Numbered from the stretch's first letter, positions 18,200 through 28,226 are shown. The stretch is 64,000 bases of DNA from Candidatus Latescibacterota bacterium (GCA_965217585.1 OZ244561.1:224001-288000), one strand, 5' to 3'. Notes: a model not told the origin generated them from the sequence alone. Program-made: numbers and translations.

Positions 18200-21133
18200 C
18201 TAGAACCCGGCCACAATATCAAAGAAGAGGCGCGAGTTGTCGAAGCTATCGGAAGCGCGTGTGGCATCGTCGTACTCCCGGCTGGTTCTGATAAAGCCGA
18301 ACTGGGAGGCGAGACTATAGCCATAGTGATCTGAGCGGTTGCTCATCATCAGCACCAGCGTCCATTCCTTGAAGTTGTCGCTTTTATCTTTCCGGTCTAG
18401 ATAGGTGTGTCGCCAGAAAGGGAAGCCTTGGAAGCCCAGTTGCAGATTGGACTTGGCCGTCAGGTCGAAGCGGGTCCTGACGATCGGCGCGTAAATCGAG
18501 AACGAGCGAATACTGCCGTCGTCCGTGGCGTCTTCAAGTATACTAGAATACTCGCGCAAGAACAGGTGCTTGAACATCGGGCGAATGTTCAGGTTACCGG
18601 CGTTGATCGTATAGTCGAGCCGGTTGACCATCGCAAGGGTCGAGAGCACCCCAGCCTCCTGTTGAGTGCCGTCGTCGAACTCGTCTTCGGCTTGGCTATT
18701 GCGAATCCATTGGACACTGTTGATGACGTTGAGGTTGGAAAACTGCCTAAAGGTCGAGCTGATGAACAAGGTGTTGACTAAGCTATTGCGCATGTTCAGC
18801 GGATCGACATCCGGCGGGAAAACCTGGGAATTGAGATCCCGCGCCTCAATCATCGGACCTTTCAAGTGCGGGACGGGGCTAGGTATCCGCTGGGTAAAAC
18901 CCACGTCTTCCCAGACGTACACGTCGTCGCGAATGTCGTCTTTGACCTGCTTAATGTCCTCGTTGATGCGAATTTTTCCCAGATAGGGCGAGACGAAGTT
19001 GTGCTCGTAGCGGGCGTAGATGGCCTTGGCCTTGCTTCCGCCAGCCGGCTCCTTCATGGTATAATAGCCGACAGAAGCCCATTTGCCCCAACGCCCCAAG
19101 CCTTTCTTCGTGGCCACCAAGTGGGCCCCCCGGCGGTCCCGTGGGTATGGATAGTCGGGCAATGCGTCGTTTTCGCGGTAATCGACTACACCGTTGTTGT
19201 TGAAGTCAATGCCGTAGATGAAATCCGGCGGATCGGCGTCGTAAAAGAGGATCGGCTCGGTCCAGTCGGGAATGCCGTTGAAATTCTGGTCGCTGTCCGG
19301 GATTAGGTCGTTGTTTTCGTCCAAGCCGGGGAAAATGCCCGAATCCGACTTCTCCGCACTGGGCAGTTCGTTGATCATCTCGTCTGGCCACTGATCGTTG
19401 TCGTCATTATCGGTCATGACAAACATTTCCTGCATCTGTGGACACACAAAGCAATCGTCGCTGAAGAAGGCTACGCCGCCGCGGTCGCTGTCGTAGTTGC
19501 CACTGTAGTCCGGATCTAGGTTGAAAATTTCGCCACCTATCTCGATCGGGCCTACTTCCTTTTGGGCCGTGAGGAAATAACCGAGGGCCTGCTTGTCAAA
19601 GCGCTTGCCGGCATTGCTGCCCACTGGGAAGAGAAAGTACTGGGGATTGGCGACCAACTCGCCCTTTACTTTTAGCCCTTTGAGACTTAAGTCCCAGTCC
19701 AGCCCGTAGAGCACCTGACCGGTGGGGATGCCGTAGTCGAACTCGACCACCTTGCGGCCCGAGTCGCTGCCGTCGGCGCGCAGAACCATATAGCCTACCC
19801 GGGTCGGATCGAGCAGAGCCCACTTGTATTGCAAAAACGGCTGCGCCTGAGTGAATGTCGGATCCGGCACCACCGGCCAGTGATTGAAGGCGTCGGGATT
19901 TTCCGCTAGCACATCTTCGAGCGGTTTGATTGCGTCGTCGCCTTTCAGCCCGGTAAAAGGATTGACGTACTTGCTGCCGCCTGGAGCGTAGGTGTCGTCC
20001 CCGCCAGCCACTTTATCCACATTTTTGTCGTGGGCCCGCTGGTTGAAGAACAAGTGCTGTTGGCGCACCAAAATGCGATAGTCGCCCTCGACATCGGCCA
20101 AGAAGCGCACGAACTTCATCGTCAGCCCCGGCACAAAGTCGTCGGGATCTGCGGAGTACGCCGCGTCATCCGGGAGGTTGAATCGCGGCATTTGGAAGCG
20201 GAAGACCACTTGGTCGCCGCCGGCTACGATCAGCCCGCCCTCGGCTCCGCCGACGGGATCAATCATCTTCAGGCTCGAGTCGTACTCGGGATCGCCTTCA
20301 ATGCTGGTCAGGCGCACCCGCTGCCCCTGCGACTCGCCGATGATCACCACATCTACGTCATAGACCGTGGCCGCCCGGCCTATATCGTCGGGCGAATCGT
20401 CTTCGACGATGACTTCGATAAAAGAGGGCGGCAGCATGCTATAGGGGGTATCGCCCTTGAGGAAGGAGCCGTTCTCATCGGCAGTATTGGCCATGTGCTG
20501 ATTGAAGTACGTGGCACCCATGCGCAGCACATTGCCCAGCTTGGTCTCCCAGTGGCCACCAAAGATCAACACCGGCGAGGTCTCCCTAGTCGCTTTGAAG
20601 GTCGAAAACTTGGCGGCACCCAACATGTCGCCGCCTTGGCTCAGCATCAGGGTGAATCTGTTGTCCGAGGAAGCGCCGTCGAGCAAGATGCCATAGAAGC
20701 GCGGGTCGCTAAAGGTCAGATCTGAAAACTTAGCGCGGATGTCCTCGCCCAAGGTCACTCGGTAGTTCCAGCCCTTGTACGAGTCGTTGAGCATCACCAA
20801 GTTGGCGAACCATCCTAAGTACTGGGCCGTGCGAGTGTTGATATTACTTTCCCCAGGGCGGGAAAATTCCCAAGAGAAGACATTGAAACCGCGCGACAGA
20901 TAATTGCCTAAGCGGTCGTAGCGATTGCGTGCGTTGATCACCGAAGGATAGGGATCGTACTCCTTGCGCCCGTAGTTCAAATACGGTTCGGGATGGCCGA
21001 GGTTGAGAAAATCCCGGTTGCGCAGGAAGGTCTGCGCTTCGGCTTCGGCACCCAGCATACCCAACCCAACAAACGCTAGTAGCGCGGTCCTCACCAGGCT
21101 TTTTCTCGCATTACTCATGGCAGCTATCCTCAT
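18200..21133 (-). CDS. Putative large outer-membrane beta-barrel protein with Asp-rich Ca-binding-type repeats (paralogue B)
   Basis: Signal peptide (AEAEA-Q), amphipathic beta-strands, C-terminal Phe (LFFDIVAGF), DxN/DxDxxPD repeats; start may be 21118. Confidence 0.7.
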   Translation of the reverse strand: MRIAAMSNARKSLVRTALLAFVGLGMLGAEAEAQTFLRNRDFLNLGHPEPYLNYGRKEYDPYPSVINARNRYDRLGNYLSRGFNVFSWEFSRPGESNINTRTAQYLGWFANLVMLNDSYKGWNYRVTLGEDIRAKFSDLTFSDPRFYGILLDGASSDNRFTLMLSQGGDMLGAAKFSTFKATRETSPVLIFGGHWETKLGNVLRMGATYFNQHMANTADENGSFLKGDTPYSMLPPSFIEVIVEDDSPDDIGRAATVYDVDVVIIGESQGQRVRLTSIEGDPEYDSSLKMIDPVGGAEGGLIVAGGDQVVFRFQMPRFNLPDDAAYSADPDDFVPGLTMKFVRFLADVEGDYRILVRQQHLFFNQRAHDKNVDKVAGGDDTYAPGGSKYVNPFTGLKGDDAIKPLEDVLAENPDAFNHWPVVPDPTFTQAQPFLQYKWALLDPTRVGYMVLRADGSDSGRKVVEFDYGIPTGQVLYGLDWDLSLKGLKVKGELVANPQYFLFPVGSNAGKRFDKQALGYFLTAQKEVGPIEIGGEIFNLDPDYSGNYDSDRGGVAFFSDDCFVCPQMQEMFVMTDNDDNDQWPDEMINELPSAEKSDSGIFPGLDENNDLIPDSDQNFNGIPDWTEPILFYDADPPDFIYGIDFNNNGVVDYRENDALPDYPYPRDRRGAHLVATKKGLGRWGKWASVGYYTMKEPAGGSKAKAIYARYEHNFVSPYLGKIRINEDIKQVKDDIRDDVYVWEDVGFTQRIPSPVPHLKGPMIEARDLNSQVFPPDVDPLNMRNSLVNTLFISSTFRQFSNLNVINSVQWIRNSQAEDEFDDGTQQEAGVLSTLAMVNRLDYTINAGNLNIRPMFKHLFLREYSSILEDATDDGSIRSFSIYAPIVRTRFDLTAKSNLQLGFQGFPFWRHTYLDRKDKSDNFKEWTLVLMMSNRSDHYGYSLASQFGFIRTSREYDDATRASDSFDNSRLFFDIVAGF

Positions 21134-21169
21134 TCAGTGTAGAGATTCTGTCTTCAGTCGCATTCCAAC

Positions 21170-22030
21170 TCAGCGCTGGCGATAACCAACGCTGAACCGA
21201 TGTACACCTCCATAGCCGGAGAGGTGTAGCGGGTAGGAATAAGCATAATCGAAATGCCATTGCTTATAGTTGTGGCCAAGGCCCACGTTGAGCTCTCTAT
21301 CGTCAAAACCCGAACCAACCGCGGCTCCCCCCATGCGGAACCGGGCACCGTTGAGGCTCACCGTCCGCGTCTCGTACCCCACTCTGAACTTGGTTCGCCC
21401 ATCGCGGCGCTCAATGTCGAGCAGGACTTCCCGCCCTGCCAAGTTGAGCAAGGCGGCCGCGACCACGGCCGGCTTTTCTTTGCCTGCGGCTTGGCCACCC
21501 GCTGCGATATTGGCACCGTTTAAGCCTTTGGCGACCAAACCCAAGCGCAGGTACGCCCGCGGGTGTATGAAACCCACTTCCCAAGTGGCACCTACATCGA
21601 GGTGCCAAGCCCGGTGCGCTAGATCACCAGCTTTCCAAGCGCTGGTGCGCAAGCCGCCGCCTAAGGCGAATCGCTCGTGCAACGGCCGCCCGTAGCCCAA
21701 GGCAATCACTTCTTCGCGCCAGCCATCGGCACCGAGAAACGAAAGGCCCAGTTGCAAACCGCCGCCCCGCAAAGGGCCGGTTACCGACAAGCCGTTTAGG
21801 GCTGGACTTTGGTCCAACCCGGGATAGAGCAACGCGTGCGTCGTACCAGCCTGCCACTTTTGCTGCTGGGCGTTGCCAGCCGGATTGTACCAAACGGCCT
21901 CAGCCGTCTGAATACTGGCGGCGAAAGCCCCGCCCAACGCCGTGCTCTGGGCCCCCCGTCCCGCAAATTCAAAAGCAGCGCCGACTGGGGGGACAAAGGC
22001 CAGCAATAGGACGCTAGTACGCCACCACAA
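21170..22030 (-). CDS. PorV/PorQ-like outer-membrane beta-barrel
   Basis: GAQSTALGGAFAA...AVWYNPAG N-terminal hatch motif; FDYAY...GGVHRFSVGYR C-terminus. Confidence 0.75.
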   Translation of the reverse strand: MWWRTSVLLLAFVPPVGAAFEFAGRGAQSTALGGAFAASIQTAEAVWYNPAGNAQQQKWQAGTTHALLYPGLDQSPALNGLSVTGPLRGGGLQLGLSFLGADGWREEVIALGYGRPLHERFALGGGLRTSAWKAGDLAHRAWHLDVGATWEVGFIHPRAYLRLGLVAKGLNGANIAAGGQAAGKEKPAVVAAALLNLAGREVLLDIERRDGRTKFRVGYETRTVSLNGARFRMGGAAVGSGFDDRELNVGLGHNYKQWHFDYAYSYPLHLSGYGGVHRFSVGYRQR

Positions 22031-23672
22031 AAGTGCCCCGGCGCGCCTTGCCGCTTTCTTCTATCATAACCTCGTACAGATAAAGCCCCGGCACGACAAC
22101 GCGACCGCTGCCATCGCGGCCGTCCCACTCGAACTGATAGGTGCGGGCGCTTCCGGTCTGCGCCAACTGGCGAATCGATCGACCGGTCAAGTTGTAAATT
22201 TTTAGCACGACTTCCCGGCCCGCTTCGATATTGCCGACGACGAAAGCAAAGCGCGCATGCTCGTCTGCAAACGGCGAGAACGGGCGCGGCTGCACCTGCA
22301 CTTCGCCCAAAAGCTGCAACGGCGTCCCCGCAGCCAGTACCGTCCAAGTGGCACCCGGCATTTCTCGCCCCTGCTGCCAGTTCACGTAGCCTTCTCTGTC
22401 GCCTTGGGCCTTGTTGCCAGCCTCAAATCGCATGGCGGTCTTGTCGCGCACAAAGAGCGCCTGTCCCTCAATTTCGACGGTCGCCATTGCGCTGATTTGC
22501 TCGCTAGGTGCAAGCTCTACCAGCATCCCCTCCCGATCCGGCGTCGGGCCCCAAGTGTAGCCCTCTGTAGGCACGAGTTCTCGACCATCGACGCGCACGG
22601 CTGTTACGCGGAGCAAGGGGCCTTGTACGCGCAAGAGATCCACTCCATAATCATCGACGCCAGCCGCGATCTCCACTCGGTAGATCAGCGTCGCTTCCTC
22701 GCCCTTGCGCAGCGAATCGGATACGGCTACCTCCGCCAAGAGCTGCTGGGCGACCAAGACTGGATCGTAGTCAATGGCAATGCGCTTGAGCACCGGACTG
22801 ACAAAGGGGGCCGAATTCGTCAGGCGGGCTCGGTACGCCAACCGCGCGACCGGCTCGTCTCCTCTGTAGAAGAATTCCCCGTCCGTGTGCGCCGCAACGC
22901 TTCCCCAAGGCTCCTCTGCTCCCTCTGCAGTGGCTCCGCGCACTTGCAGTTCAATGCCCGTGCGCTCCGCGCGCTCTACTTGCCAGCGGATCAGCCCTAC
23001 GTTGACTGGGGTAGGCGGGGTGAAGCTATCCTCTATGAAGCCTTCGCTAACGTAGCCCACGCCGAACACCTCGATTTCCCCGATGGCGACCCAGTTACTG
23101 CGGTCTTGGCGGATCAGTGTCAGCCGCACGAAGCGACCCTCGCGCGGGATCGCCTCACCGCGCTCGTCGGTTGCGGCCCAAGTAGAATCTGCGCTCGTAT
23201 CTACATTGAGGACGAAATTGTCCGGCTGTTCCGCCAAGAGATGCCAAACTTGCGGCGCCACTTGGGTGGCTGTTTCGAGCCTGTACCCACGCATGAAATA
23301 CTCGGGCTGGTTCAGCGCCGTCTCGCCAGCTAGCACTCGCACCCGCTTGATCGCCCGGTCCAGTCCGAGATCGACGGTAAACTGCTTGTCGAACACGTGA
23401 TTGGTGCCCGAGATCCACTCGCTCCGCACGAGGTCAATCGCGCCGTCGGTTAGAGGCACAGGCTTGTCGAAATCGTCTATCACCGATTGTCCCAAGGCCA
23501 CGTTTACATCCTCGTCCAACTGCGCCAGAATGACGAGGCTATCTGGATGCACCTGTACGCCTTGGGTCGTTCCCAAGGCGAATGTATCGACCGCGTCCAC
23601 CACCCAAGTCTTTAATTCAGCACGGCACGGACTGAATTCGAGCAATAGCAAAAGTGCGCCCAGCCCCAGCAC
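22014..23672 (-). CDS. Secreted protein with discoidin-like and C-terminal FlgD Ig-like (T9SS CTD-like) domains
   Basis: FTVDLG...RFVRL...IGEIEVFG; PRPFSP...LKIYNLTGRSIRQL...WDGRDGSGRVVVPGLYLY. Confidence 0.8.
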   Translation of the reverse strand: MLGLGALLLLLEFSPCRAELKTWVVDAVDTFALGTTQGVQVHPDSLVILAQLDEDVNVALGQSVIDDFDKPVPLTDGAIDLVRSEWISGTNHVFDKQFTVDLGLDRAIKRVRVLAGETALNQPEYFMRGYRLETATQVAPQVWHLLAEQPDNFVLNVDTSADSTWAATDERGEAIPREGRFVRLTLIRQDRSNWVAIGEIEVFGVGYVSEGFIEDSFTPPTPVNVGLIRWQVERAERTGIELQVRGATAEGAEEPWGSVAAHTDGEFFYRGDEPVARLAYRARLTNSAPFVSPVLKRIAIDYDPVLVAQQLLAEVAVSDSLRKGEEATLIYRVEIAAGVDDYGVDLLRVQGPLLRVTAVRVDGRELVPTEGYTWGPTPDREGMLVELAPSEQISAMATVEIEGQALFVRDKTAMRFEAGNKAQGDREGYVNWQQGREMPGATWTVLAAGTPLQLLGEVQVQPRPFSPFADEHARFAFVVGNIEAGREVVLKIYNLTGRSIRQLAQTGSARTYQFEWDGRDGSGRVVVPGLYLYEVMIEESGKARRGTFVVAY

Positions 23673-23673
23673 T

Positions 23674-24330
23674 TCAGAATAGCAGTTTCTGCGTCAGGCT
23701 GGTCACCACGGCGACGGCGAGGGCTTCCTCCAACTCCTTGGAGTTGAAGGTCATGACAATGCCGGCATCCACCGGGCTTTTCTTGCTCACTTTGCCAGTT
23801 TTGAGATCCTTGACTGAAACCTCGACCTGCACTCTTTGCGTTTGCGGGGAGAATATTTTGCGCACCCGCTGACTAGTAATCAGAGCCGTGCCGCTAATTT
23901 CCAAGTCGGCCTCGTCCGAGTCCTCTGACACCAGCGTGAAGGGATTGTTCACTTTCCGCACGCTATCTTCATCTAGCACTTCGACCCGATCCGTCTGCGT
24001 GAGGATCCGCACCTTGTCCTTGCGCAGTTCGCGCAACAAGGCCCCAGACAAATCCTCAATTCGCGAAGGCCGAGTAATCTGCACTAGGCGACTTCCCTCG
24101 CTGGCGAGGGCGTTAGTAATGTACTGGGTGCCTTGGCTACCGGACGAATTGGCCGTCCTCGGATCGACCACGTTGGCCTTGCTCTCGACCGGGAATTCTT
24201 TGACGTATATCTTGACCAGCATCGACGGCGGGTTGGGCAAACTGGTGTCCTTGAGTGCCTCGTATTTCAAAGTACAGGCCATCGAGCCGACGAGCAGCGC
24301 CACTCCGAGGTACTTCACCATCTCTTTCAT
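23674..24330 (-). CDS. Hypothetical lipoprotein (possible CsgG/TolB-N-like alpha/beta fold)
   Basis: Lipobox SMAC; ADLEISG...VEVSVKDLKTGKV pattern. Confidence 0.65.
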   Translation of the reverse strand: MKEMVKYLGVALLVGSMACTLKYEALKDTSLPNPPSMLVKIYVKEFPVESKANVVDPRTANSSGSQGTQYITNALASEGSRLVQITRPSRIEDLSGALLRELRKDKVRILTQTDRVEVLDEDSVRKVNNPFTLVSEDSDEADLEISGTALITSQRVRKIFSPQTQRVQVEVSVKDLKTGKVSKKSPVDAGIVMTFNSKELEEALAVAVVTSLTQKLLF

Positions 24331-25107
24331 TTACTTATTCTCCACCCAACGCACTCCGTGATCGACATTGAAGTGGAATTTCAAGTCGGTAAATTCCACT
24401 GGATTGCCGTATCCTACTTGAAAGCGATCAAAGGCCAGAATGAAGTCATTTACTTCGAGGGTGAACGACTTGGTTTCTGCAGGCAGCGGTGGGAAGGTCA
24501 ACTTGCCGACATATCTGGAGCCTTTGCGCACAGGCTTTTCTCGGTGGTACGCGCTCTTGTTCCAGATTGGGCCGCGATCCAAGCTGGCGTGATAGCGCAC
24601 ATTGCCTTCTTGTCCCCCCCACTTCAGGTAGGAATAGTCGTAGAACTCATCCTTGTCGTACCAATTCCCCGCCCCTTGGCCACAGAGCAAGCGGCTACCG
24701 TCGTCCAAGCGCAAAATGGTCTGCGTAGGATCTAGCTCCACCCGCTTCCGGGTGCGGTTGCTCACCGTCACTTCAAAAACGGTCCACAAGGGCGGCGTAT
24801 AGTCCAAGCCGGGGATTTCGACTCCAGTGAGCGTATAGGGCGTGAAGCGGACGTCGTATTCGGCGTCGAGCATGGCATCGTCGTAGAACTTGACCTTGAC
24901 TTGCACCCCTTGCTCGCTCCACACGACCGAACTATCGATTGGATCGATGTAATAGGTCTCTCCATCGGGCAGGACCGGCTCCAGCTCGATAAAGTACTCC
25001 TGCGAATGCGATTCGAGGGATCTGAGGGTAGCACACCCCCCGGCGGCCAACGCCAAGCACAGGAGGACGCGAATGTGTTTTGCGATGAGTCTCATGTGTA
25101 TTCGCAT
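24331..25107 (-). CDS. Conserved hypothetical lipoprotein (paralogue of 12526-13293)
   Basis: Lipobox AGGC; motifs shared with 12526-13293. Confidence 0.8.
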   Translation of the reverse strand: MRIHMRLIAKHIRVLLCLALAAGGCATLRSLESHSQEYFIELEPVLPDGETYYIDPIDSSVVWSEQGVQVKVKFYDDAMLDAEYDVRFTPYTLTGVEIPGLDYTPPLWTVFEVTVSNRTRKRVELDPTQTILRLDDGSRLLCGQGAGNWYDKDEFYDYSYLKWGGQEGNVRYHASLDRGPIWNKSAYHREKPVRKGSRYVGKLTFPPLPAETKSFTLEVNDFILAFDRFQVGYGNPVEFTDLKFHFNVDHGVRWVENK

Positions 25108-25109
25108 CC

Positions 25110-28079
25110 TTAGAAGGGTGATATCAGCTCCACGAAGAGGATGCCCTGCTTGGCGTCGGGCCGCCCTGCATGGCTAAAGTCCCGCCGCGTGCGCTGGTAG
25201 CCGAAGAATATCGAATTGTCGCGGATGCCAAAGTAGTCTGCGGTAATGCTCAACATGGCCAGATAATCGGTCTGACTGTACGTCTCGTCCTCATAGGCGC
25301 GATCCCAGTGCTTAAACGGCAGCAAGGGTAGCCCTTGTATGCCTAGCTGGAAGCTAGTCTTGGGCGTGAGCTTGTACCGCCCCATTACGATGGGAATGAA
25401 GTCGCTGTACGATTTCCTCGGCGCATCTTCGCTGTCAACCTGCTCAAAGATCGTCCGATGCTTTAACTTAGGCGTGACGCTGAAGGCACCCCAGCTATGG
25501 GTGTAGTCGATCTTGTTGACAATGGAAAAACGCGAGCGCACGTCTTCGGGCTGCAACAGCCCGCTGCCGTCTTCGAACTCAATTTCGGCTTGGCTGTTTC
25601 GCTGCCACAGGAAGCCGTTTTCAATGTTGAAGCCGCGGAAGCCCTGATAAGTGCTGTCAAAAAAGAGGAGATGCACAAAGCTGTCGCGCATCAACAACTC
25701 GTCCGGCGTCGCCGGCCGCCAAAAGCCCGCGTGCTCGGGCGGGCCGTCCGGCTCGTTAAACCAGTTGATGACCGCGACATCGTCAATGGGCACTCGGTAC
25801 ACGTAGGTGTGATCCGGGATGTCGTCTTTGACCTGCTTGGCGTCGTAGTTAATCTTCAATGCGCCGACGCCGCGCTTTTCCATCTCATAGGCGTAGCGGA
25901 AGTACAGCGCCTCAGACTTACCAGGGCCGGCAATCTGACTATTGTCGTAGCGGCCTAGGGTGATGAACTTGCCCAAGCGCCCCAAGCGGTCGTAGCGGAT
26001 GAAGATGTGCTGGCCCTTTTGGTCGCGTGGGTAGGGGTAGTCCGGCTCATCGTCGTTCTCGCGGAAGTCGGGCACATTGTTGTTGTTAAAGTCGATGCCA
26101 TAGACAAACTCGGGCGACTCCGAATCGTAGGTTAGAAAAGCCTCTTCCCAGTCCACAATAAAGTTCTCATTGCGATCCATATCTGGGATGTTATCGACGT
26201 TCTCGTCGAGTCCGGGGTACACTTGGGCACTGGGATTGCCTGGATATAGCGAACGCGGCTCGGCTATGGCCGTATCGTCGCTGTGGCTGTCGGGTAAGGT
26301 GTCGTGATCGTCGTTGTCTTCGTGGAGAGGGTACTCCTCGGTGACCGTAGAGATTCTCTCGCCGGGAGCAGGCTGCCCATCGTAGTGAAAAGCCATGCCG
26401 CCTCGGTAACTGTCGTACCCACCGCCGTAGTCGGGATCCATGCGGTATATCTCGCCGCCCAGTGCTAGACCACCGGCTAGATCCTTGACGCCCTTGACCC
26501 ACCACGCAAAGGCGCGTTCACTGCTGCGCTCGCCCTCGTTATTGCCGATTGGGAACATGAAATTTTGCAAGTTGTGCGCCACTTCGCCGCTGATATCTAG
26601 CCCTATCAAATCGACCTGATAGTTGACCGAGGCCAAACTCTGCCCAGTGGGAATGCCGTAGTCAAAGGAGATCATCCGCCGGTTGGCACCAATGCCGTCG
26701 CTGCCATCAGCGCGGACCACCGTGTAATAAATCTCCTCGTCTTCGTCTGTGTACCATTTGAACGGACGCCGGATGGCCCGCTCGTTACCCTTGGTAATGG
26801 GAGCTGGCCAAGCCGACTCGGTAATCGTCGCGTCGCCCCGACGACTTATACTGAAGAAGTCGTGGGTCTGGCTAACGCCGACCCGGTAGTCGCCGGCCAC
26901 ATCGGCAACAAAGCGCACCGAGCGCACCGTCACGTCCGGCGGGAGGACGAAGGTGTACACCACCAGCACCTTGCCCTCGGCCTCGCGCCCACCGCCAGCG
27001 TGGACGGCACCGCCCTCGGGTGGCCCAGCTTCTAGCAGGGGGTCGTAGTCCGGGTCGTCGTCGAGGCTGGTCAGGCGCACCGGCTCTGCGTTGCGCGCAC
27101 CCTCAAGGACGATGTCCACGCCATAGACAATAGCATTGGCCCGGGCATCGTCGGGCGAGTCGTCGGCCACGAAGACGCGGATGGTCTTGGGGCCGAGCAT
27201 CTCATAGGGCAAATCGCCGCGCCAAGCACTGGAGCGCGACAGGGCCGGCGCAGCCATGATCTGGTTGATTAGCGTTCCGCCAACGCTGGCGAAGCTACTT
27301 ATTTCGTGCTGGTAGTGGCCGCCAAAGAGTATTACCGGTGAGTTGTCCCAAGCGTCGTCGCCTTCTTGGCCGAACGCCCATTTGGAGAATAGCTGGGCAC
27401 CGGAGTGATCGCCGCCGCGCGAGTAGAGCAGAGTCGCCCGGTCGCGCTCCTTGTAGTTGATGTCCATGCGCAGCACATTCAGCTTGCTGTTGACCAAGGT
27501 AAGCGGCGTGAAGATCGTACGCACATCCGTACTACCGCCTGGTGAGCCCACGTTGCCCACCGTGGCGGTCCAGTGCAAATCCTTGTGAGTATAGTGGCCG
27601 ACCTGGAACCTCCGATACTTGTGGTCGATATAGCTATACCCACTAAAGTCGTTGCCACTGCGCGACTCTTCTATCGTCAGGAGCCGATGATAGCCGCCGC
27701 CCATGTAGTTGCCCATCCGGTCCCAACCCACATTGCGGGTCCTTGGCGAGCGGCCCGACGGGGTGGCCCAAGCAACCGTCTCGCGGTAGTACGCAATGTA
27801 CTTTTCGTCGGCGTAGTTGAGATAGGGGACGCTAACTGCGGCGTTGAGAAAAGCCCTCCCTAGCCCTCGGTCATAGCGGTCTTGGGGACCGCGCAGAAAG
27901 GGAGGGCGCTTTTTCCACGGGGGATCCTGCGGCGTGCCGGGAGCGGGGTTGTAATAGGGCCGCGCGCCGCTGGATTCGGGGTGGCGCTGCGCTTCCGCTG
28001 GTGCGGACAGGCCAGTGCAAACCAGCGCGGACAAGACCACCCAACGTTTAACAACACAGCATTTTAGAAAGTACAGCAT
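25110..28079 (-). CDS. Putative large outer-membrane beta-barrel protein with Asp-rich Ca-binding-type repeats (paralogue A)
   Basis: Signal peptide, C-terminal Phe (LFVELISPF); shares DR(L/M)GNY, SPV..FGGH, FDYGIPTGQ and GIDFNNN...REND..PDYPYPRD with 18200-21133. Confidence 0.7.
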   Translation of the reverse strand: MLYFLKCCVVKRWVVLSALVCTGLSAPAEAQRHPESSGARPYYNPAPGTPQDPPWKKRPPFLRGPQDRYDRGLGRAFLNAAVSVPYLNYADEKYIAYYRETVAWATPSGRSPRTRNVGWDRMGNYMGGGYHRLLTIEESRSGNDFSGYSYIDHKYRRFQVGHYTHKDLHWTATVGNVGSPGGSTDVRTIFTPLTLVNSKLNVLRMDINYKERDRATLLYSRGGDHSGAQLFSKWAFGQEGDDAWDNSPVILFGGHYQHEISSFASVGGTLINQIMAAPALSRSSAWRGDLPYEMLGPKTIRVFVADDSPDDARANAIVYGVDIVLEGARNAEPVRLTSLDDDPDYDPLLEAGPPEGGAVHAGGGREAEGKVLVVYTFVLPPDVTVRSVRFVADVAGDYRVGVSQTHDFFSISRRGDATITESAWPAPITKGNERAIRRPFKWYTDEDEEIYYTVVRADGSDGIGANRRMISFDYGIPTGQSLASVNYQVDLIGLDISGEVAHNLQNFMFPIGNNEGERSSERAFAWWVKGVKDLAGGLALGGEIYRMDPDYGGGYDSYRGGMAFHYDGQPAPGERISTVTEEYPLHEDNDDHDTLPDSHSDDTAIAEPRSLYPGNPSAQVYPGLDENVDNIPDMDRNENFIVDWEEAFLTYDSESPEFVYGIDFNNNNVPDFRENDDEPDYPYPRDQKGQHIFIRYDRLGRLGKFITLGRYDNSQIAGPGKSEALYFRYAYEMEKRGVGALKINYDAKQVKDDIPDHTYVYRVPIDDVAVINWFNEPDGPPEHAGFWRPATPDELLMRDSFVHLLFFDSTYQGFRGFNIENGFLWQRNSQAEIEFEDGSGLLQPEDVRSRFSIVNKIDYTHSWGAFSVTPKLKHRTIFEQVDSEDAPRKSYSDFIPIVMGRYKLTPKTSFQLGIQGLPLLPFKHWDRAYEDETYSQTDYLAMLSITADYFGIRDNSIFFGYQRTRRDFSHAGRPDAKQGILFVELISPF

Positions 28080-28159
28080 GAAAACCCCTCGCGGGTCATA
28101 TTGAGCGACCTATTAATTAATGGGCGAAAACATATGTTTGCCCAAGCTCGCGGATCAAG

Positions 28160-28198
28160 AAAAAAAAACGGGAAGCAGGCGTCAAGCCCGCTTCCCGT
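28160..28198 (-). terminator. Rho-independent terminator downstream of the CBM9-like gene
   Basis: ACGGGAAGC...GCTTCCCGT stem next to an A9 tract (U tract on the minus strand). Confidence 0.8.
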
Positions 28199-28226
28199 CT
28201 TTAGAACCTTACCCAGAGGCCATTGA

